Source: Ardenticatenales bacterium (GTDB lineage: Bacteria; Chloroflexota; Anaerolineae; Promineifilales; Promineifilaceae). From it: a stretch of 64,000 nucleotides of DNA. A program made the translations under genes and the position numbers. Positions 57,717 to 64,000 of this stretch are shown in pieces; positions within the stretch are counted from its first letter, which is position 1, and every line of letters begins with the position of its first letter. The notes below the pieces were generated by a model. It ran no database searches. It was not told the DNA's origin and saw only the letters and a list, made by a program, of their open reading frames with translations. The stretch spans positions 145,268 to 209,267 of the forward strand of contig JACKBL010000001.1 in assembly GCA_020634515.1 (NCBI GenBank). The letters are read 5' to 3'.

Positions 57717-57884
57717 CAGGGGGACAGATAAAAAGGAGGAATGTAAATTGAGTGTCAATATTAGCCAGCCTGCTCTTTGTGCGTCCAGACCGGCACCATA
57801 GGGAGAACGTGACCTTAGTATAGGCCGTTGTGCCGGCATCCTCAAGAAAGTCTGATACAATCTGTGTGTAAAATGGTTTACAGA

Positions 57885-57995
57885 AAGTAATTGCCAGGCC
57901 AGATTGGACCAATTCTCTCTGGTGAAAATGGTCATGGAGCGCGCGAAATTGGTCCAATCTCCAGAGAGCGTTAGTCGTTACGACAGAAATACGAG
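57885..57995. repeat. Family A repeat (full copy)
   Basis: gccaggccagattggaccaattctctctggtgaaaatggtcatggagcgcgcgaaattggtccaatctccagagagcgttagtcgttacgac. Confidence 0.6.
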
Positions 57996-58011
57996 TCGGT
58001 AGCAGCCAACA

Positions 58012-58839
58012 ATGGAAACACGCTGTCCCAATTGTCAACAACCTTTGCTCTCCGGCGATACTGCCTGCTGGCAGTGTGGCTGGCAACTGGCGGAACCCGT
58101 TCCCGCGGCGGCGGATGCGACGGTGCTGTCGGCCCCGCCCGCGCGCGCCCAGGTTCCCGCGCTTTGGATTTACGCTGCTTTGACCGCTTTCCTCGTGATT
58201 ATGGCCGGCATTTTGCTGCATCAACTCGGAAAACAACCGTTGGTGCAGGTGTCCGCCGGGGGGCGAATGCCGGCAGACTGGCAGCGGGTGACCACGTATG
58301 GGCGCACGCTCACGCTGGACCTGCCGCCGGGATGGACGTGGCTGGACCAGGAAGATCCATCGCAGGCGGATGCTTTTGCCGCTTTGCTGGCGCGGCGGCA
58401 GGGGTTGCTGTCGTTGACCTATCCCCTGGGGCGGCAAGACCCGAATGCGGCGCTCATATTCGCCGCCGCGCCCGCCGCCGTCATTGATCTGGCGGCGGAG
58501 CCGGTGACGCTGGTGGTGATTCGCAGCCCTGTTTTGAGCCGGTTGTCGGCGGAGGCGGCGCTGGCGACGGTGGCGGAGGCGGATGTGGAACTGGTAGACG
58601 GGCGGCAGGTTCCCAATTACGATAAAACGCATACCAGTTTTTTGCTGGAGATGGATGTGGCCGGCGTAGGGCGAGTAAGATGCCGGCAACAATTCTTCCA
58701 CGACGAACCGGACAGCCTGCTCCTGGCTGTCTGTGGCCACCCGCAACAATTCCGCTTTTACGCCCAACAAGTGGAGGAAATCCTCGCCACCGTCCAGCGA
58801 CTACACCCCCAGGCATTCCATCATCGCCCACCCAGTTGA
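58012..58839 (+). CDS. Hypothetical membrane-anchored protein with N-terminal zinc ribbon
   Basis: CPNCQQ...CWQCGW zinc ribbon, one TM helix (LWIYAALTAFLVIMAGILL), and a ~200-aa Ala-rich extracytoplasmic domain. Confidence 0.6.
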   Translation: METRCPNCQQPLLSGDTACWQCGWQLAEPVPAAADATVLSAPPARAQVPALWIYAALTAFLVIMAGILLHQLGKQPLVQVSAGGRMPADWQRVTTYGRTLTLDLPPGWTWLDQEDPSQADAFAALLARRQGLLSLTYPLGRQDPNAALIFAAAPAAVIDLAAEPVTLVVIRSPVLSRLSAEAALATVAEADVELVDGRQVPNYDKTHTSFLLEMDVAGVGRVRCRQQFFHDEPDSLLLAVCGHPQQFRFYAQQVEEILATVQRLHPQAFHHRPPS

Positions 58840-58874
58840 AAGGTTCACGATGGGTAAGACTACACAGCCTATGC

Positions 58875-58985
58875 GTACATGGTCCAACAAACCTTCCCGG
58901 AAGCTCAATGTCAGGCTAAAAGCGTCTCAAAATGCAGCGGCATTTCGCATGGAAACAGCTTTCGGAAAGATGGGAGTGAGCCGTC
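58875..58985. repeat. Family B hairpin repeat (degenerate copy)
   Basis: caaaccttcccggaagctcaatgtcaggctaaaagcgtctc...aaacagctttcggaaagatggg. Confidence 0.5.
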
Positions 58986-59114
58986 CCACGATGGCATGGC
59001 ATTGGGCATGGCACGAAACCCTGTTTTATCCGCATTTCCGCGTCTTTCTGGCTTCCTTTCCCCAGGTCCATACCCGGCTTGACGCACTCCTGTCCACTCA
59101 GTACAATCCCCCCT

Positions 59115-60086
59115 ATGTCGCAAGAACCTGATGGGCTTAATTTCAATTATGGTGGCCAGGCCGTGATCGAAGGCGTCATGATGCGCGGTTCGCAGGCGCT
59201 GGCCGTTTCCGTACGCAATCCTCATGGCGAGATAGTCACCCACGTCGAACCTTTGAACCAGGCCATCTATGGCAGCAAGATGGCGCGCCTCCCCTTTGCG
59301 CGTGGTCTGACCCTGTTGTGGGATGCGCTGGGGCTGGGCATTAAGGCGCTCATGTTTTCGGCGGAAGTGGCCGTGCCCGAAGAAGAAAAAGCGGACCCGC
59401 AAGGCAAGGCGTTTGAAGGGCCGGTGCAGGTCGGAACGGTCGCCATCTCCCTCGCTTTTGCCATCGGGCTGTTTTTCGTCTTGCCCGTTTTCCTGGCGAG
59501 CCTCATTGAGGGCTGGCTGCATTTGCGCGAGTCGCAGGTTGTCAGCAACCTGATTGAAGGGGGCATCCGCCTGTTAATCCTGGTGGGCTACATCTGGAGC
59601 ATAGGCCTGCTGCCGGACATTCGCCGTTTGTATGGGTATCATGGGGCGGAGCATAAAACGATTAACGCTTATGAGGCAGGCGCGGCGCTCACGCCGGAGT
59701 CTGTGGCCCGTTTTCCGCTGGAGCATCCGCGCTGTGGTACGGCTTTTTTGTTGACGGTGGTGATCGTTTCCATTCTTTTGTACAGTTTTTTCCCGCCGTT
59801 GAACCTGGCGCTGCGTATTGTCTCGCGCCTGTTGTTGCTGCCTGTGGTTGCCGGCATTGCTTACGAGATCATCCGTTTCTCCGCCAAACATCTTGATAAC
59901 GTCTTCATTCGCATCATCATAAAGCCCAACCTGGCTTTGCAGCGGCTGACCACTCGTGAACCAGACCAGACCATGTTGGAAGTCGCCATCACCGCCTTTC
60001 AACAGATGATGGCCCGTGAAAGCGGGACTGTTTACGCAGAACCCGCGCTCGTGCTCGCGGAAACATCAGACGCAACCCCTCGTTAG
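59115..60086 (+). CDS. DUF1385-family membrane protein (YqhQ-like)
   Basis: N-terminal NYGGQAVIEGVMMRG signature of DUF1385, followed by multiple TM helices. Start at MSQEPDG (ATG 59115). Confidence 0.8.
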   Translation: MSQEPDGLNFNYGGQAVIEGVMMRGSQALAVSVRNPHGEIVTHVEPLNQAIYGSKMARLPFARGLTLLWDALGLGIKALMFSAEVAVPEEEKADPQGKAFEGPVQVGTVAISLAFAIGLFFVLPVFLASLIEGWLHLRESQVVSNLIEGGIRLLILVGYIWSIGLLPDIRRLYGYHGAEHKTINAYEAGAALTPESVARFPLEHPRCGTAFLLTVVIVSILLYSFFPPLNLALRIVSRLLLLPVVAGIAYEIIRFSAKHLDNVFIRIIIKPNLALQRLTTREPDQTMLEVAITAFQQMMARESGTVYAEPALVLAETSDATPR

Positions 60087-60382
60087 AATTCATATACCGC
60101 CGGCGCGCCACCCTGCCCCAGAGATGCGGGCAATCTCTCCGCTTTGGTTTCTTGCCCGACTGCGCAGCTTCGCGCAACCGCCGATTTGCGCGTTTCCCGC
60201 GCCGATTGGTCTACCAGTGGCGCGCTGACTCCGCCAGTGTTCGCTGCATGCCGTATCGCAGCTTGACGCGCACCCGCTCGCCGGGGGTGTGCTTACTATC
60301 CCCGTCACCATATCGGAGATGCGTCGGGCATCCCGGCATGGCAATGTGGGCGATCAGGTCCTGCTGAGGTGAAAGGAACAGT

Positions 60383-61024
60383 ATGTCCAGGGGTGAAAAG
60401 CATAATCAGACCGGGTTACAATTTTACGGTGATTGGGAATTGGAGAAAGCGGTAGCCGCTTTTCGTAAAGCGACGGCTGCTGAACCGGATAATCCCGAAT
60501 ATCACCTCAATCTGGCGCGCGCGTTTGCCCGTTCCAGCAGCTTCGACGAGGCGATTCAGGCATTGGGCGAGTACCTGCGCACGGAGACGGACGCCCAACT
60601 CGCCAGCCGCTACGAACGCCTGTTTTCCTCGGCGCTGGATGACGTGGAAAGCGCCCTCATTGAGGGCATGCGCCGGTTGGAGTTATCCATTCAGTACACC
60701 GGCAAGGCGATCCAGATGTGGTTGGAGTATCGCATCACGATTGGGCGGCGGCCGTTGCGCGTGACGAAGCCAGAGTTGTGGGCGGCGGCGCTGGCCTACA
60801 CGATTGTGAAGGTGAATTTCCTGCAACTTAAACTGGGCGCGGTGGCGGCGGCCTTTTCCGTCAGCGAGCGGTCGCTAAAGGAACGGTTTGGTGAACTGGT
60901 GCAGGCTTTGGATTTAATGCCGGCAGATTACCGTTACTTCGTGGGTGATCAAAACCCGCTGGACAAACTCGTAGAAGCGGCGCAGATCATGGAAGAACTG
61001 GACCAGCGCTTCATGGAAGACTGA
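60383..61024 (+). CDS. Hypothetical protein with TPR-like N-terminal helical repeats
   Basis: LQFYGDWELEKAVAAFRKATAAEPDNPEYHLNLARAFARSSSFDEAIQAL is a TPR-like motif. No other family assignment. Confidence 0.55.
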   Translation: MSRGEKHNQTGLQFYGDWELEKAVAAFRKATAAEPDNPEYHLNLARAFARSSSFDEAIQALGEYLRTETDAQLASRYERLFSSALDDVESALIEGMRRLELSIQYTGKAIQMWLEYRITIGRRPLRVTKPELWAAALAYTIVKVNFLQLKLGAVAAAFSVSERSLKERFGELVQALDLMPADYRYFVGDQNPLDKLVEAAQIMEELDQRFMED

Positions 61025-61029
61025 GGAAT

Positions 61030-61435
61030 AATGAGAACATCTTCCCGGAAGCTGTTACCCAGGACTATCGTCTGTGACGAAGCTTCCGGGAAGATCATTG
61101 AGAACATCTTCCCGGAAGCTGTTACCCAGGACTATCGTCTGTGACGAAGCTTCCGGGAAGATCATTGAGAACATCTTCCCGGAAGCTATTACCCAGGACT
61201 ATCATCAGTGATGAAGCTTCCGGGAAGATCATTGAGAACATCTTCCGGAAGATTAGGACTATCATCAGTGACGAAGCTTCCGGGAAGATCATTGAGAACA
61301 TCTTCCCGGAAGCTGTTACCCAGGACTATCGTCTGTGACGAAGCTTCCGGGAAGATCATTGAGAACATCTTCCCGGAAGCTGTTACCCAGGACTATCATC
61401 TGTGATGAAGCTTCCGGGAAGATCTTTTACAGAGG
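61030..61435. repeat. Tandem array of 6 x ~66-bp Family B hairpin units (not CRISPR: no spacers)
   Basis: Unit attgagaacatcttcccggaagctgttacccaggactatcgtctgtgacgaagcttccgggaagatc repeated six times with point variants and one internal deletion in unit 4. Confidence 0.8.
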
Positions 61436-61563
61436 AGTCACCACGCCACTGCGCGACACCACCAACAAACGAAAATAGCGCGGTTGACAGGCGGCGCTTC
61501 TCCCAACTGTCAACTGACCACTACCCACTGTCAACTGACCACCATTTACAAAGGAGTCACTCA

Positions 61564-62505
61564 ATGTTAAACAAAATTGCACTTTATGGCGCGGGCAACG
61601 TCGGCGCTACAACGGGCCACTGGCTGGCGAACAAGGAAGTCGGCGACATCGTCATGTTCGACATTTTTGGGCAGGTGGCTGCCGGCAAAGCCCTCGACCT
61701 CTACGAAGCAGGACCGGCCATCGGCTTTGATTCCCGCATCACCGGCAGCAGCGACGTAAGCATCATCGAAGGCGCGGACGTGGTCGTCGTCACCGCCGGC
61801 GTGCCGCGCAAGAAGGACCCCGTCACCGGCAAATTCCCCAGCCGCGATGAACTGGTGAAGATCAACCAGGACGTGATGACGGTCGTCTCCGAAAACATCA
61901 AGAAGTACGCCCCGGACAGTATCGTTATCGTTGTCACCAACCCACTGGACGCCATGTGCCACGTGATCAAGGAGATCACCGGCTTCCCGCGCGAACGCAT
62001 CATCGGCCAGGCGGGGGCGCTGGATACGGCGCGCTACAAGACCTTCATTGCCATGGAACTGGGCGTGAGCGTGGAAGATGTACACGGCATCGTCCTCGGC
62101 GGGCACGGGGACACGATGGTTCCGCTGCCCCGACATACGTCGGTCGCCGGCATTCCCGTCACCGAACTCATCTCCCCGGAAAAACTGGACGCCATCATCC
62201 AACGCACCGCCAAAGGGGGCGGCGAAATCGTCGGCCTGCTCGGCTACAGCGGCTACTACGCCCCCGCCGCCGGCGCCGCCATCATGGTCGAATCCATCCT
62301 CAAAGACAAAAAGCGCGTCATCCCCTCCGCCATCTACACCCAGGGCGAATACGGCTACCATGACCTCTTCATCGGTCTGCCCGCCGTTCTCGGTCGCCGG
62401 GGCGTGGAACACATCATCGAAATGGACCTGAACGAAACGGAACGCGCCATGCTCGACCACTCCGCCGAAGCGGTCCGCTCGGTCGTGCAAGTGTTAGGCT
62501 ATTAG
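61564..62505 (+). CDS. mdh: Malate dehydrogenase, LDH-like family
   Basis: MLNKIALYGAGNVGATTGHWLA...VVVTAGVPRKK...IVVTNPLDAM...LGGHGDTMVPL... The substrate-specificity Arg (GVPRK) indicates MDH. Very similar to Chloroflexus MDH. AAAGGAG RBS before the ATG. Confidence 0.9.
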   Translation: MLNKIALYGAGNVGATTGHWLANKEVGDIVMFDIFGQVAAGKALDLYEAGPAIGFDSRITGSSDVSIIEGADVVVVTAGVPRKKDPVTGKFPSRDELVKINQDVMTVVSENIKKYAPDSIVIVVTNPLDAMCHVIKEITGFPRERIIGQAGALDTARYKTFIAMELGVSVEDVHGIVLGGHGDTMVPLPRHTSVAGIPVTELISPEKLDAIIQRTAKGGGEIVGLLGYSGYYAPAAGAAIMVESILKDKKRVIPSAIYTQGEYGYHDLFIGLPAVLGRRGVEHIIEMDLNETERAMLDHSAEAVRSVVQVLGY

Positions 62506-62566
62506 GCGTTTGCAAGGTATGAGAGGCAAGCGAGTCTTGCCCCTCATACCTCATACCTCATCAAAG

Positions 62567-62920
62567 ATGTCTACTTCGCATCAGGAAATGCCGATTTTTA
62601 CGCGCACTTTTGATTTCCTGACCTGGCTGTTGCCGCAAACGAATCACTTCCCGCGCGCCCATCGGCACACGTTTACACAGCGACTGTTGGAGGCCGCATT
62701 TGATCTGCGAGAACGACTCGAAGAAGCAAATTGGCAGCAGGGCAACGCCCGGCTGCAAAAACTGCAGGAAGCAGATGAAGCCTTATCCAAAGTGCGGCTG
62801 TATCTGCGTCTGGCATATCGCTGGAAGTGGCTCACGCCAGGCCAATACGAACATGCGGCAGCGATGATGACGGAAATCGGGCGCTTACTTGGCGGATGGA
62901 AAAAGAAAACTGGCAGGTAA
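62567..62920 (+). CDS. avd: DGR accessory variability determinant (Avd; four-helix-bundle protein)
   Basis: ...FDFLTWLLPQTNHFPRAHRHTFTQRLLEAAFDLRERLEEA...MTEIGRLLGGWKKKTGR parallels Bordetella phage bAvd (…EVGRILGSWIARVNRKG). It lies upstream of the TR and a DGR-type RT. Start uncertain: ATG 62567 or 62588. Confidence 0.75.
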   Translation: MSTSHQEMPIFTRTFDFLTWLLPQTNHFPRAHRHTFTQRLLEAAFDLRERLEEANWQQGNARLQKLQEADEALSKVRLYLRLAYRWKWLTPGQYEHAAAMMTEIGRLLGGWKKKTGR

Positions 62921-62949
62921 CGGCGTCACTTCACCATACATTATTGATC

Positions 62950-63068
62950 AGGAGCTGGAGTCTGGCGAAAACCACATATGGTGGTCGGAGTCGAGACTTT
63001 AGCCGGATCAAACCGCCATATGTGGGCCGGCTGAAGCCTCCACTCCAAAAACGCCAGTGTCCAGTCAG
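62950..63068. repeat. Family C MITE-like element (third copy) inserted between avd and the DGR template repeat
   Basis: ctggcgaaaaccacatatggtggtcggagtcgagactttagccggatcaaaccgccatatgtgggccggctgaagcctccactccaaaaacgccag. Confidence 0.7.
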
Positions 63069-63089
63069 GAAGTGCAACCTCCAGCCGCT

Positions 63090-63260
63090 CACACCGGCTG
63101 ATGTTGGGGGCAAAACCCATAACGGCTGCTCCGCCCGCAACAGGAACGACCCGCACAACAACTTCAACGACAACAACGGGTTTCGGGTGGCAGTTTCCAC
63201 ACTTCTCCTGCAGGTTGTGTCCCAACCGGAATTGCCTGGCGGGTACGCCTTCCGGGCCGA
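63090..63260 (+). other. Candidate DGR template repeat (TR), AAC-rich, CLec-type
   Basis: ggctgctccgcccgcaacaggaacgacccgcacaacaacttcaacgacaacaacgggtttcgggtggca... In frame it reads GCSARNRNDPHNNFNDNNGFRVAV, the signature of CLec-fold DGR variable regions (…RSANRNRNNPDNRNNNIGFRC…). Boundaries are approximate because no VR is available for alignment. Confidence 0.6.
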
Positions 63261-63389
63261 GGTGAGAAATGGCGGGGTTTTGTCCTGGCCGCGCCCAAAG
63301 CGTCAGCCGCGGGCCGGGCAAATAACAACGGGCCGCGTCTCCCCGGTTCGTCCCTGAGACGCGGCCACTTTTCACAAACCGTGTTGGCT

Positions 63390-63535
63390 CTGCAGAATTT
63401 AAGCGGGAGTGGAGGCTTTAGCAGAATTTAAGCGGGAGTAGAGGCTTTAGCAGAATTTAAGCGGGAGTGGAGGCTTTAGCCGGAACGGTTGCAGAATTTA
63501 AGCGGGAGTGGAGGCTTTAGCCGGAACGGTTGCGA
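63390..63535. repeat. Tandem ~30-bp repeats (GCAGAATTTAAGCGGGAGTGGAGGCTTTAG x4, last two with an 11-bp insert)
   Basis: Direct repeats lie between the TR and the RT start. The GGAGGCTTTAGCCGG core matches the Family C MITE core. Confidence 0.75.
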
Positions 63536-63595
63536 CAGAATCTCCTCTCCGCCCCCCTATCAGGAGATGACCCCACGAGTTCCCCCAAAGCCACC

Positions 63596-64000
63596 TTGTT
63601 TCACGCCCTCTGTAGTTGGGATAACTTGCTCCAGGCTTACCAGCAGGCCAGTCGCCGCAAACGGGGGCGGGGCGATGTGGCCGCCTTTGAATATCGCCTG
63701 GAAGACAACCTGCACGACTTGCAGCAAGAGCTGCGCGCTCGCACTTACACTCCGGGCCGCTACAACAGCTTTTTCATCCACGAACCGAAGCGGCGGCTGA
63801 TCAGCGCGGCGCCGTTTCGGGACCGTGTGGTGCATCACGCCTTGTGTAACGTTATCGAACCGATTTTTGAGCGCGCGTTCATCTACGATTCTTACGCCAA
63901 CCGTGTGGGCAAGGGCACGCACCGCGCCCTGGACCGGGCGCAGCAGTTTGCCCGCCGTTTCCCCTACGTGCTGCAATGCGACTTGCGCCAGTTCTTTCCC
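63596..64000 (+). CDS. DGR-type reverse transcriptase, N-terminal ~135 aa (3' truncated by window end)
   Basis: Frame 2, open to the window end: ...SWDNLLQAYQQASRRKRGRGDVAAFEYRLEDNLHDLQQELRARTYTPGRYNSFFIHEPKRRLISAAPFRDRVVHHALCNVIEPIFERAFIYDSYANRVGKGTHRAL... is collinear with Bordetella phage Brt (WENLLDAY...KRR...[31 protein letters not shown]...YTYACRPDKGTHAGV). No ATG/GTG in frame after the upstream stop at 63518; TTG 63596 or TTG 63530 are the possible starts. The overlapping track ORF 63489-63800 is in another frame and is rejected. Confidence 0.85.
   Translation, partial: MFHALCSWDNLLQAYQQASRRKRGRGDVAAFEYRLEDNLHDLQQELRARTYTPGRYNSFFIHEPKRRLISAAPFRDRVVHHALCNVIEPIFERAFIYDSYANRVGKGTHRALDRAQQFARRFPYVLQCDLRQFFP

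Noticed and set aside
57473-57751. 92-aa ORF in the 680-bp gene-free region
   Set aside because: It reads straight through a canonical intrinsic terminator hairpin and has no RBS. It was therefore treated as non-coding.
61030-61435. Possible CRISPR array (regular ~66-bp periodicity)
   Set aside because: Units are contiguous with no unique spacers, and each unit is itself a hairpin of the Family B repeat. No cas genes are nearby. The same applies to the 3-unit array at 10745-10960 and the 30-bp repeats at 63390-63535.
62827-63357. 176-aa track ORF spanning the MITE copy and the template-repeat region
   Set aside because: It has no start context or RBS and runs through a known MITE. The Asn-rich middle (NRNDPHNNFNDNNGFR) is exactly what a DGR template repeat encodes when read in frame. 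It is better explained as the non-coding TR.
63489-63800. 103-aa track ORF (TTG start) overlapping the reverse transcriptase
   Set aside because: It is in a different frame from the RT-homologous reading frame and gives a low-complexity P/T/C-rich product. The neighbouring frame gives a near-perfect DGR RT N-terminus.

Overview
High-GC (~62%) bacterial chromosomal segment, probably Chloroflexota: it has a Chloroflexus-like LDH-type malate dehydrogenase, a propionyl-CoA carboxylase plus methylmalonyl-CoA mutase set, and a strongly over-represented palindrome ATGCCGGCAT. Gene content in order: the 3' end of a bacterial microcompartment (BMC) locus (PduP/EutE-like acylating aldehyde dehydrogenase, BMC-T, BMC-P) split by a low-GC islet carrying a Dam-family N6-adenine methyltransferase, then a second BMC-P; methylmalonyl-CoA mutase; a secreted penta-haem c-type cytochrome; an ABC-F ATPase; an M20 amidohydrolase; a CYTH/BCCP/accC/pccB operon; a B12-binding radical SAM protein; a Ser/Thr kinase (PQQ propeller)/PP2C/vWA/FHA signalling cluster; an OmpR-type regulator; rel; tex; flotillin; a second low-GC methyltransferase-like islet; TetR, CHRD lipoprotein, GlpD, AGPS-like FAD oxidase, GntR; DedA; SRPBCC proteins with phaR and phasin; a tungstate-type ABC transporter; two tandem 2-oxoacid:ferredoxin oxidoreductase operons (one beta subunit fused to a CBS pair) followed by a free CBS-pair protein; a nitroreductase/SAM-MTase/GNAT/sugar-phosphate isomerase cluster; a DUF1385 protein; and mdh. 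The last ~1.5 kb holds a diversity-generating retroelement cassette: avd, an AAC-rich template repeat, and the 5' part of a DGR-type reverse transcriptase running off the window. No cognate variable repeat or target gene is visible here. Intergenic space is packed with at least four families of short hairpin/MITE-like repeats, two of them also in tandem arrays. No rRNA, tRNA or CRISPR genes were seen.
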